Shown here piece by piece: positions 23,649 to 32,506 of a DNA stretch of 64,000 bases. The stretch covers positions 3,761 through 67,760 of the forward strand of contig JAYVWC010000076.1 of the NCBI GenBank assembly GCA_043786385.1. The letters are read 5' to 3'. How positions within the stretch are numbered: the stretch's first letter is position 1; each line of letters starts with the position of its first letter. This DNA comes from Spongiibacteraceae bacterium (lineage in GTDB: Bacteria > Pseudomonadota > Gammaproteobacteria > Pseudomonadales > CAMLJR01). The notes beneath the pieces were generated by a model, which did not search any database, was not told where the DNA came from, and saw only the letters and a program-made list of their open reading frames with translations. The translations under genes were made by a program, and so were the position numbers.

Positions 23649-24899
23649 ATGTCTAGCAAGGAAAAGTCTAGCAAGGAGGAATCTAACAAGGAGGCTCAGC
23701 GGCGCGAAGCGCTCAAAGCCGCGCGTCTGGATACCGTCGCGATTCGCGCTGGCCATGTGCGCAGCGCAGAGGGCGAGCACAGCGAAGCGATGTTCCTGAC
23801 TTCAAGCTATGTGTTCGATAGCGCGGCGCAAGCTGCTGCGCGCTTTGACGGCAGCGAGCCGGGCAATGTCTATTCGCGCTACACCAATCCTACCGTGCGC
23901 ACATTTGAAGAACGTCTCGCGGCACTCGAAGGCGCCGAGATGGCAGTCGCCACCGCATCGGGTATGGCCGCTATTTTGAGCGTTTGTGTGGCGCTGTTGA
24001 AATCTGGCGATCACGTCGTCTGTTCGCGCAGTGTATTCGGCACCACCACAGTGGTATTCACCAAATATCTAGCCAAGTTTGGCATCGAAACCACGTTCGT
24101 GGCGCTGACCGATAACCGCGCGTGGGCGGCTGCGATCAATGCCAATACCAAATTATTATTTTTGGAAACGCCATCGAACCCGCTCAACGAAGTCGCCGAT
24201 ATTGCAGCGCTGTCGACGCTGGCAAAACAGCGCGGTTGTCTGTTGGTGGTCGATAATTGTTTCTGCACGCCGGCGTTACAAAAACCGCTCGAACTCGGCG
24301 CCGATATTGTCGTGCACTCGGCTACCAAATACCTCGACGGTCAAGGCCGCTGTCTCGGTGGCGCAGTGGTCGGTCGTCGCGAACAGATGAACGAAGTGCT
24401 GGGCTTTTTACGCTCGGCCGGTCCGACGATGAGTCCGTTTAACGCGTGGGTATTTTTAAAAGGCCTCGAAACGCTGCGCTTGCGAATGGATGCACACAGT
24501 CGCAATGCGTTAGAGCTCGCGCAGTGGCTGGAACAACAAAGCGGCATCGAGCGCGTATTTTACGCGGGGCTCGAATCGCATCCGCAACATGCGCTCGCGG
24601 CTAAACAACAGCGTGGCTTCGGCGGCGTGCTGGCGATTCGCGTGCGTAGCGATGCTGCAATTAGTGCAAGAGAAGCCGCGTGGCGCTTTATCGATGCAAC
24701 GCTGATCTGTTCGATCACGGCGAATCTCGGCGATGTTAAAACGACGATCGTGCATCCGGCCACCACCACGCACGGTCGCATCAGTGAAGCCGAGCGCGCT
24801 GCTGCCGGCATCACCGACAATATGATTCGCATCGCCGTCGGTCTCGAAGATATCGACGATTTAAAAGACGATATGCGCCGCGGCCTCGCAGCGCTGTAG
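23649..24899 (+). CDS. metZ: O-succinylhomoserine sulfhydrylase
   Basis: YSRYTNPT, ETPSNP, HSATKYLDGQGR PLP lysine, HPATTTHGR; follows purF. Confidence 0.93.
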   Translation: MSSKEKSSKEESNKEAQRREALKAARLDTVAIRAGHVRSAEGEHSEAMFLTSSYVFDSAAQAAARFDGSEPGNVYSRYTNPTVRTFEERLAALEGAEMAVATASGMAAILSVCVALLKSGDHVVCSRSVFGTTTVVFTKYLAKFGIETTFVALTDNRAWAAAINANTKLLFLETPSNPLNEVADIAALSTLAKQRGCLLVVDNCFCTPALQKPLELGADIVVHSATKYLDGQGRCLGGAVVGRREQMNEVLGFLRSAGPTMSPFNAWVFLKGLETLRLRMDAHSRNALELAQWLEQQSGIERVFYAGLESHPQHALAAKQQRGFGGVLAIRVRSDAAISAREAAWRFIDATLICSITANLGDVKTTIVHPATTTHGRISEAERAAAGITDNMIRIAVGLEDIDDLKDDMRRGLAAL

Positions 24900-24924
24900 A
24901 TATTCTGGCAACAGGTTGTGCGCG

Positions 24925-25302
24925 ATGGATACGGACGAATCGATCAATATCTACGGCGAGCCGCTGCAATCTTGCAGCGAGAGGCCGATCACCGGTTTTT
25001 TTCGCGATGGTTGCTGCAACACCAACACGCAAGATGTTGGCTCGCATACCGTGTGCATCGAAGTGACCCAAGAGTTTTTGGAGTATTCGCGCTTTAAAGG
25101 CAACGATTTATCGACGCCGCTGCCCGAGTACAATTTTCCGGGGTTGAAGCCCGGCGATCGCTGGTGTTTGTGCGCGGCGCGCTGGCTCGAAGCGTATCGA
25201 CACGAGATGGCGCCGCGCGTGTATCTTGCCCGTTCGCATCGCAAAGCCACCGAAATTATTCCGCTGGAAATTTTGCGCCAGTTTGCCGTCGATTTGAACT
25301 AA
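24925..25302 (+). CDS. DUF2237 family protein
   Basis: TGFFRDGCC, HTVC, GNDLSTP, GLKPGDRWCLCAARW. Confidence 0.9.
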   Translation: MDTDESINIYGEPLQSCSERPITGFFRDGCCNTNTQDVGSHTVCIEVTQEFLEYSRFKGNDLSTPLPEYNFPGLKPGDRWCLCAARWLEAYRHEMAPRVYLARSHRKATEIIPLEILRQFAVDLN

Positions 25303-25349
25303 TCGTGCCGTCGATTTGAACGAATCGCACTGCCGATTTGAGCTAGTCG
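25284..25349. repeat. Three tandem 22-bp imperfect repeats
   Basis: TGCCGTCGATTTGAACTAATCG / TGCCGTCGATTTGAACGAATCG / CACTGCCGATTTGAGCTAGTCG. Confidence 0.85.
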
Positions 25350-25909
25350 CGATCGCTGGGTGGTGGCTCGACGTGCAGTTTATCGAGCTCCTCGCGCACT
25401 TCGCCGAAGCGACTCAATTTTTGCGGCGCGTGCGACGCCAGATAGCACAGGCCGCCGAACTTAATCAGCTTCGCAATCAATAACACGGCGCCAATTTCCA
25501 CCATCGGTGTGCCAGCAATCGCGGCGATAATTACCGGCGGCTGTTGCGGAAAAGGGGCGAGGCCTGCAAAGAAAACGACCCACGATCCGTACACGGCAAA
25601 AAATTGATGCGTCGAATTCCAGATCGCGCTGTCGAGCATCGCTGGAAAATAGGCGGCGATAAATGAAAATCCTAGCCGCTGCGCTAAGTAACCGAGAATC
25701 GACAGACCGAGCCAAGAGCCGAACGTGGTCCATAGTGCGATTACAAGCCAACGGCGCGGCGCGAGTAGTACGCTGGAAACCATTAGGCCGATCGTCGGGA
25801 TGACGATCACAAAGTGATCGATGCCCGCCAGCAGTGAAAGCAATGGACCATACCACCAGCGGCATACAAATTTTTCCAGCGCCTTGAAACGATCAAACAG
25901 TTTTTTCAT
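25343..25909 (-). CDS. YqaA/DedA(VTT)-like membrane protein
   Basis: Multiple TM segments; D.F...IP and GLAPFPQQP re-entrant-helix-like motifs. Confidence 0.6.
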   Translation of the reverse strand: MKKLFDRFKALEKFVCRWWYGPLLSLLAGIDHFVIVIPTIGLMVSSVLLAPRRWLVIALWTTFGSWLGLSILGYLAQRLGFSFIAAYFPAMLDSAIWNSTHQFFAVYGSWVVFFAGLAPFPQQPPVIIAAIAGTPMVEIGAVLLIAKLIKFGGLCYLASHAPQKLSRFGEVREELDKLHVEPPPSDRD

Positions 25910-25981
25910 GTAAAAATCGGCGCCTTTGCGGTTACTTCGCACGAATTAGAGTAGCAGTATTATATTAGCGAAATTGACGAC

Positions 25982-27313
25982 ATGATAATGACATCGACGC
26001 GCGTATTAATCATCGGCTACGTGTGGCCCGAGCCGCGTTCGTCGGCGGCCGGTTCGCAGATGTTGCAATTGATCGAGCAATGTTTGTTGCAACATTGGAC
26101 GATCACGTTTGCGAGCCCGGCGCAGCCCGGGGTGCAACGCGCGGATTTATCGGTGCTCGGTGTTGCCGAGCAAGCGATAGCACTGAATTGCAGCAGCTTC
26201 GATAGCTGGGTGTGTGAGTTGCAACCCGACATCGTTATCTTCGATCGCTTTATGATGGAAGAACAATTCGGTTGGCGCATCGCCGAGCAATGCCCGCAGG
26301 CGCTGCGCGTATTGGCATCCTCCGATCTGCACTGCCTGCGCGAAGCGCGCCAGCAGCAGTTGCGCTTGGCGCTGCGCGAAGAACGTTTAGGCGACGGACA
26401 GCTGCTACCAAAACCATCGCCGACCGAACTTTATGCTGGTATGGCCGCGCTGGATATTACACAACGCGAAATCGCCGCGATTTTTCGTAGCGATTTAACG
26501 CTGCTGGTTTCGGAATTTGAAATCGAATTGCTTATGCAGCATTTTCAGGTGCCGGAATTTTTACTCGCGTACTGTCCATTGTTACCCGAACAACCACATA
26601 TCGCGGCGTGGCCAATTTTTACCGAGCGCGCGCATTTCATCAGCATCGGTAATTTTTTGCACGCGCCGAATTGGGATGCCGTGTTGCTGCTAAAGGAAAC
26701 GTTGTGGCCATTATTGCGCGCACGATTACCGCAGGCGCAGCTGCATGTGTACGGCGCCTATCCGCCGCAAAAAGCGTTGGAGCTGCATAATCCTGCGCAG
26801 GGTTTTTATGTATTGGGTTGGGCCGAAGATGCACTCGCGGTGATGCGCAATGCGCGCGTTTGTTTGGCGCCACTGCGCTTTGGTGCCGGCATCAAAGGTA
26901 AATTGATCGATGCGATGCTGAGCGGCACACCGAGTGTGACGACAACGATTGGCGCCGAAAGTATGCGTATCTGTGACTCGGCTGATGGCAGCGAGTCGGT
27001 ATGGAGTGGCGTGGTGGCCGATACCGCACAAGATTTTGTCGATGCTGCGGTACAGTTATACGAAAATGCGACGCAGTGGCAGCGTGCGCAACAGCATGGT
27101 CTGCGTATATTGCAGCAACGTTTTGATAAGCAGCGCTTCGGCGCCGCGTTGATCGAGCGCCTACAGCAAGCGCTCGCACAGCTTGAATCAAATCGCCGTG
27201 CTAATTTTATCGGCGCAATGCTGCAACATCATCAGCATAAGAGCACGCACTATATGGCGCGCTGGATCGAGGCAAAAAATATTGAAGCGAAAAATGCCAT
27301 CAAAGCGACATGA
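25982..27313 (+). CDS. GT-B (GT4-like) glycosyltransferase
   Basis: GYVWPEPRSSAAG, IGNFLHAPNWDA, APLRFGAGIKGK..DAM..GTP. Confidence 0.85.
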   Translation: MIMTSTRVLIIGYVWPEPRSSAAGSQMLQLIEQCLLQHWTITFASPAQPGVQRADLSVLGVAEQAIALNCSSFDSWVCELQPDIVIFDRFMMEEQFGWRIAEQCPQALRVLASSDLHCLREARQQQLRLALREERLGDGQLLPKPSPTELYAGMAALDITQREIAAIFRSDLTLLVSEFEIELLMQHFQVPEFLLAYCPLLPEQPHIAAWPIFTERAHFISIGNFLHAPNWDAVLLLKETLWPLLRARLPQAQLHVYGAYPPQKALELHNPAQGFYVLGWAEDALAVMRNARVCLAPLRFGAGIKGKLIDAMLSGTPSVTTTIGAESMRICDSADGSESVWSGVVADTAQDFVDAAVQLYENATQWQRAQQHGLRILQQRFDKQRFGAALIERLQQALAQLESNRRANFIGAMLQHHQHKSTHYMARWIEAKNIEAKNAIKAT

Positions 27314-27465
27314 CATCGATTTGACGGTGTCGATGGTTGTATAAAACACAGAAGCGTTGTACAACTAGCAACTAATATTAACTAACCGTTAGTATTGATC
27401 GAAAAAATCTAAGACGGTCTCCGTAAATTGAGAGCCGCAGTCGGCACCACACGGGAGTGAGAAGG

Positions 27466-29097
27466 ATGTCTCATCGCGATAGTCGCCCATCGGATCAGCG
27501 CGAGCCGAATGATTGTTTGCTCGCGCTGCGCAAAACCGCCTCGCAAGCAATGCACGATGCAATGTTGTCGTGTGCGAATCTGCACGAAGTCTACCAACTG
27601 ATTACATCGCGAGCCGCGGCAGCATTACAGGTGGCGCGCGTTGGCATTTGGTTATTCGATGAATCGCGTGAGTGGCTCAATTGTGCGGATCTGTTTTTAT
27701 TGATGACCGAGGCACATGAAAGCGCTGCGCCGTTATCGGTCGTCGCTTATCCAGTTTACATTGCTGCGATCTCGACCGATCAACTGGTGGTGGTCGATGA
27801 CGCCTGTCGCGATCCGATCACTGCCGAGTTGGCAGAAAGTTATTTGCAGCCGTTGGGGATAAGCTCGATGCTCGACGCGCCGATTGTGCGCGATGGTGGT
27901 ACGATCGGCGTCGTTTGTTGCGAGCATATCGGCCCGTTGCGCGACTGGTTGCCCGGCGAATTAGCGTTTGCCGAAACGATGGCGGATTTTGTCGCGCTGT
28001 CGATCGAATCGACCGAACGTCGGCAACACGAAGCAGAAAAATTGCGGCTCGCATCGATCATCGAAGCGATGCCCGATTTGGTGGCAACGGTGCGCCCCAC
28101 CGGCGAGCCGACGTATTTGAATCAAGCCGGTCGCGATTTACTCGGGATGGTCGCTAGCGATCGCCTCGAAGATTTTAACGTGCGCGCGATTTACAGCGCG
28201 GAGCATTGGCAGCAGCGCCAGCAGACGGTGATGCCCATTGCGTTGGCGCAGGGCAGTTGGAACGGCGAGACTGAAATAATTACGTCTGGCGGTGCAGTCA
28301 TTCCGGTTTGGCAAACGGTGATTGTGCACCGCGATCAACACGGCGCGGTGCAATATCTGTCGTCGATTATGCGCGATTTACGCGAACAAAAGCGCATCGA
28401 AATGGAGTTGCGCCAGCGCGAGCAGATGTTGCAGCAGCTCAACAGCGAACTCGAGCTGCGCGTTGCAGAGCGCACCAAGCAGCTCGAAAATCTGAATCAA
28501 AATTTAGAAACGTTTGCGTTCTCGGTGTCGCACGATTTGAAAGCGCCGCTGCGCGGTATCGATGGCTATAGTCGCCTGTTGTTGGAGGAGTATCGTGCGC
28601 AGCTGCCGGAGGAGGCGCAGGGTTTTGTCGATAATATTCGCAATGCCACCGGCCAAATGCACCAAGTTATCGATCGCATTCTTACTGAACTCGAACACGA
28701 TATTCATAAACACCATTTACAGATCGACGATCGCATCGAAGATGTACAGCTCGAAACCGATTTGGATTGCATGATGCAAATTATGCGAAATTTGATCGAT
28801 AACGCGGTTAAATTTTCCGCCGCTGCCGAGCAGCCGAAAATTGAGTTATCGATGCAGCTAAAAGCCGCCAGCATGGTGTTGTGCGTGAAAGATAACGGCT
28901 GCGGTTTCGATATGAAATATCACGAGCGCATTTTCACTATTTTTCAGCGCCTACATCGCAGCGATGAGTACCCCGGCACCGGCGTTGGCTTGGCAATTGT
29001 GATCAAGGCGGCAGAGCGCATTGCCGGCCGCGTGTGGGCGATTAGCCAACCCGGTAGTGGCGCCGCATTTTTTTTGGAGATTCCGTATGTCCACTGA
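27466..29097 (+). CDS. GAF-PAS sensor histidine kinase (apparent in-frame deletion after the DHp domain)
   Basis: GAF (SMLDAPI..GVVCCEH), PAS (YLNQAG..WNGE), H-box SVSHDLKAPLR, NLIDNAVKF, DNGCG, GTGVGLAI. Confidence 0.9.
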   Translation: MSHRDSRPSDQREPNDCLLALRKTASQAMHDAMLSCANLHEVYQLITSRAAAALQVARVGIWLFDESREWLNCADLFLLMTEAHESAAPLSVVAYPVYIAAISTDQLVVVDDACRDPITAELAESYLQPLGISSMLDAPIVRDGGTIGVVCCEHIGPLRDWLPGELAFAETMADFVALSIESTERRQHEAEKLRLASIIEAMPDLVATVRPTGEPTYLNQAGRDLLGMVASDRLEDFNVRAIYSAEHWQQRQQTVMPIALAQGSWNGETEIITSGGAVIPVWQTVIVHRDQHGAVQYLSSIMRDLREQKRIEMELRQREQMLQQLNSELELRVAERTKQLENLNQNLETFAFSVSHDLKAPLRGIDGYSRLLLEEYRAQLPEEAQGFVDNIRNATGQMHQVIDRILTELEHDIHKHHLQIDDRIEDVQLETDLDCMMQIMRNLIDNAVKFSAAAEQPKIELSMQLKAASMVLCVKDNGCGFDMKYHERIFTIFQRLHRSDEYPGTGVGLAIVIKAAERIAGRVWAISQPGSGAAFFLEIPYVH

Positions 29098-29533
29098 ACT
29101 GCGATCGATTCTGCTGGTGGAAGACAATCCGCTGGATATCGATCTCACCAAGCGCGCTTTCGCCAAACGCAATTTAGCGAACCCGATTGAATTGGCGCGC
29201 GATGGCGAAGAGGCGATGCAATGCATCGATAGCTGGGAGCGCGGGCAGCAACCGCCCGCACTGATTTTACTCGATTTGAAGTTGCCAAAAATCGACGGCC
29301 TCGATGTGCTGGCACGGCTAAAAAATCACGAACTATTTAAAATGATACCGGTGGTGGTGTTGACAACTTCGGCGGAGGATCGCGACGTGCAGGCGGCTTA
29401 TCGACTCGGTGCTAATTCGTACATCATCAAGCCGGTGAGTTTTGAAAAATTTATGGAAGTCGCCGAAAGTATCGAAGTGTACTGGGGCGTGATGAATCAC
29501 CCGTGGGTGCAAGACCATTTATCACCTCATTAA
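29087..29533 (+). CDS. Single-domain response regulator (Rcp1/CheY-like)
   Basis: ILLVEDN, LLDLKLPKIDG, LTTS, NSYIIKP. Confidence 0.93.
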   Translation: MSTELRSILLVEDNPLDIDLTKRAFAKRNLANPIELARDGEEAMQCIDSWERGQQPPALILLDLKLPKIDGLDVLARLKNHELFKMIPVVVLTTSAEDRDVQAAYRLGANSYIIKPVSFEKFMEVAESIEVYWGVMNHPWVQDHLSPH

Positions 29534-29616
29534 TTATCTGCCTTATGCAAAGGCTGCGCTACGTAGTGGAAAAAATTCGTAGCGAAAACTTGTAGCGAGA
29601 ATTTGGAGCCGTAGCT

Positions 29617-31638
29617 ATGCGAGCGCTGTATGTCGAAAATAACGAGCAGGATGTCGATTTAACGCGGCGCGCATTAGCGCGCGCCACTCCGCCGATCGCC
29701 GTCGATATTGCGATCACGGTGGCGGAGGCGATCGATAAACTGGCCAACGCAGCGGCCGATTACAATTGGGTGTTGTTCGATCTGAATTTGCCCGATGCCG
29801 ACGGTTTGCAGGTGTTGCGCTACGTACGCGAACAGCGCCTGTCAATTGCGGCGATTGCGGCGATTGCGGTGACCGGCACTGGCGATGAGCACGCGGTGAT
29901 TCATGCGCTGAAGATGGGCGTCGACGATTATATTATCAAGCAGGGTGATTACCTTGATGGCTTGGCGGGTACGCTGCAAGCCATTCAAAAACGTTCCGCT
30001 TTTTCGTCGCACAATAAGCTGCTCAATGTGCTGTATGCCGAGGACGATATTCACGATGCGCTGCTCGCCACCCGTTACCTATCGAATAAAGCGCCTTATC
30101 TGAATCTCGATATCGTGAACAGCGATCGCGAAGTTCTGCAAAGGCTAAAATCTGCTGCGCCGTCTTACGATGTGCTGTTGTTGGATTATCGGCTCGCTAA
30201 CAGCGATGCGTTGGAATTGGCTGCGTATATTCGCAATCAGCTGTGCATGGATATCCCCATTGTCATCGTGACGGGTAAAGGCTCGGAGGCCGCCGCTGCG
30301 CGCGCATTGCGCGTGGGGGTGACCGATTACTTAATCAAAGACGACAGTTATTTGCAGCGCCTGCCAGCGGTGATCGAGTTTGCGTATGCGCGTTCGCAGT
30401 TAACGAGAGAAGATGCGCGACTTAAATTTTTAACGATGTACGAAGAGTTTTTGCGCGAGTCGAAAGACGCTGCCGAGGCCAACAGTTTGGCAAAAAGCGG
30501 CATTCTCGCCAATATGAGCCATGAAATTCGCACGCCGCTCAATGCCATTAGCGGTCTCAATTTTTTGCTGCAGAAAACTGAACTCACAGAATTGCAGCGC
30601 GAGTACGCAACCAAGACTGCGGAAGCGGTGCAATACCTATTGAATATTTTAAACGACGTACTCGACTTTTCAAAAATTGAAGCGGGTAAGTTGCAGCTCG
30701 AAGAAACCCATTTCGATCTAGGCAATTTATTGGCTCAGGTGCACACGATTATTTCGGCATCGGCCGAAAGTAAAGGTCTGGCATTGTCGATTATCGTAGC
30801 CGCCGATGTGCCCGCACAACTGTGCGGTGATCCGTTGCGCTTGCAGCAGGTACTGATCAATCTCGCGAGCAATGCCATTAAATTTACCGAGCGCGGCAGC
30901 ATTACGATTAACGTATCGTTAAACGCTGCGCAAGGCGAACGCATCGATCTGGGTTTTTCGATCAAAGATACCGGCATTGGGCTAAGCGCCGAACAAATCG
31001 CCACTATTTTTGATGCATTCGAACAGGGCAGCACATCGACCTCGCGACACTACGGCGGCAGCGGCCTCGGCTTGGCGATCTGCAAACAATTGGTAGGGTT
31101 AATGGGCGGTGCGATAGTAGTGATGAGTACACCGGGCGTCGGCAGCAATTTTCAATTTAACGTGTTGCTGAAACGCTCGGAATCGGGCGGCGACGCGCTC
31201 GCTCATACCGCTGCCGCTGCCGCTGCTGCCGTGCCGGTGAAGCTGCAAGGCTGTATTTTGTTGGTGGAAGATAACGCGATCAACCAACAGGTGGGGCAGG
31301 CGATACTGAATCACTTGGGCTTGCATGTAGATATTGTCGACAACGGTAAAGTGGCACTCGAAACCTTAGCGCTGCACGATCCGAACTATTACGACTTAAT
31401 ATTTATGGATTTGCAAATGCCGGAAATGGATGGCATCGAAGCGACGGAGGCGATTCGAAAAATGGCAGGGTTTGCCGAGCTGCCGATTATCGCGATGACC
31501 GCCGATGCGCTGGCGAAGGATCGCTTGCGTTGTCTTGCTGCGGGTATGAATGACCACGTTACGAAACCAATTTCGATCGTGCAGCTGCAACAGGTATTAG
31601 AAAACTGGCTGCCGCAAAATTTTATAAAAGAAGAGTAG
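29617..31638 (+). CDS. Hybrid histidine kinase REC-REC-HisKA-HATPase-REC
   Basis: Two N-terminal receiver domains, NMSHEIRTPLN, NLASNAIKFT, GGSGLGLAI, C-terminal FMDLQMPEMDG receiver. Confidence 0.9.
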   Translation: MRALYVENNEQDVDLTRRALARATPPIAVDIAITVAEAIDKLANAAADYNWVLFDLNLPDADGLQVLRYVREQRLSIAAIAAIAVTGTGDEHAVIHALKMGVDDYIIKQGDYLDGLAGTLQAIQKRSAFSSHNKLLNVLYAEDDIHDALLATRYLSNKAPYLNLDIVNSDREVLQRLKSAAPSYDVLLLDYRLANSDALELAAYIRNQLCMDIPIVIVTGKGSEAAAARALRVGVTDYLIKDDSYLQRLPAVIEFAYARSQLTREDARLKFLTMYEEFLRESKDAAEANSLAKSGILANMSHEIRTPLNAISGLNFLLQKTELTELQREYATKTAEAVQYLLNILNDVLDFSKIEAGKLQLEETHFDLGNLLAQVHTIISASAESKGLALSIIVAADVPAQLCGDPLRLQQVLINLASNAIKFTERGSITINVSLNAAQGERIDLGFSIKDTGIGLSAEQIATIFDAFEQGSTSTSRHYGGSGLGLAICKQLVGLMGGAIVVMSTPGVGSNFQFNVLLKRSESGGDALAHTAAAAAAAVPVKLQGCILLVEDNAINQQVGQAILNHLGLHVDIVDNGKVALETLALHDPNYYDLIFMDLQMPEMDGIEATEAIRKMAGFAELPIIAMTADALAKDRLRCLAAGMNDHVTKPISIVQLQQVLENWLPQNFIKEE

Positions 31639-31772
31639 TTGTGTACAAGAAAAATAAATGGCTAATGCTGGACAGCGCGCAGCCTTCCGGTTAATTTACG
31701 CGACAACTACGGAACGTTGCCCAGCCTCAGCATCGGCGCGGCCCCCAGAACAAAAACAAAGGTCGTGCAAAT

Positions 31773-31878
31773 GCCTACATACTCAGACACATCTGCTTTA
31801 TCCGCCAAAAGTCAGGATACACCGACGGGTCAGATGTGTTTGGCAAAACAGACGTGTCTGTTAATTAAGTAGTTAGGT
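31773..31878 (+). mobile_element. Degenerate attC-like site preceding cassette 1
   Basis: GCCTAC (31773); arm CAGACACATCTGCTTT (31784-31799) pairs 14/16 with AAAACAGACGTGTCTG (31845-31860); ends in core GTTAGGT (31872-31878). Confidence 0.6.
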
Positions 31879-31895
31879 GATCAAGGAAAGCTCCA

Positions 31896-32423
31896 GTGAG
31901 AATAATTTATATTAGGTTTTCCCAAGGCGAAATTAGGGTTTCAAATTGGTATAGTGGGGAAACTGTTATTGAAGAACCTTTGCTGGCAATATTGCAGTCA
32001 AGTCTTTATAAAAAGAAAATCGTCGCGTACGGGCGCAAGGCAAGAGAAATTCAAAATGATAACGTCACCGTAATAAACGGTTTTGACCACGAACGGTCGT
32101 GCGTCAATGATGGTCTAGTAGTTCGTGAGCTTTTTAAGCGGGTTATTGCTCATGTTTTTCGGGTGTCATTGCTGCAAAAAATTGGCCTCTCGCGGAATAA
32201 ATATACCGCTGTTATCCACCCCATCGATCACGTGGGCGGAGACCTAACATTGGTTGAGAAGTATTTTTTAGCCAGCATTGTGAATATAGCCTCCGGTATA
32301 TCATCCTCGTACACTTGGGTGGGAAGAGATCTCACCATGGAAGATTTTTCTCCTGAAAAATTTAACGATATCAAGCTAAATTTATCGGGACCGTTTATTA
32401 ATGGGTACTATGATTACACCTAA
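31896..32423 (+). CDS. Integron-cassette-like ORF; YjaA/half-MreB-like hypothetical protein
   Basis: AT-rich; IYIR..IRV..EEPLLAI..IVAYG..A..INGFDHER..VIHP...GGDLT.VEK pattern recalls the MreB N-terminal half; the TAA stop lies inside ACCTAAC. Confidence 0.6.
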   Translation: MRIIYIRFSQGEIRVSNWYSGETVIEEPLLAILQSSLYKKKIVAYGRKAREIQNDNVTVINGFDHERSCVNDGLVVRELFKRVIAHVFRVSLLQKIGLSRNKYTAVIHPIDHVGGDLTLVEKYFLASIVNIASGISSSYTWVGRDLTMEDFSPEKFNDIKLNLSGPFINGYYDYT

Positions 32424-32492
32424 CATTCATTCGCAGCACTGCAGTGCTAGCGGCACTGCTTCGACAGTCAAGCGCTGGCGTGGGCGTTAGGC
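32418..32492 (+). mobile_element. attC-like recombination site (75 bp)
   Basis: R'' ACCTAAC (32418-32424), central hairpin GCAGTGC-TAGCG-GCACTGC with flanking CAGC/GCTG pairing, R' GTTAGGC (32486-32492). Confidence 0.75.
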
Positions 32493-32506
32493 GGAAATAA
32501 AAACCT

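Noticed and set aside
27466..29533. Bacteriophytochrome-Rcp1 light-sensing pair
   Set aside because: The kinase core and response regulator are of that type, but there is no PAS-GAF-PHY module or PASDIP motif
31658..31864. 68-aa ORF before the cassettes
   Set aside because: It runs through the attC-like hairpin and has no protein-like signature; at most a decayed cassette start
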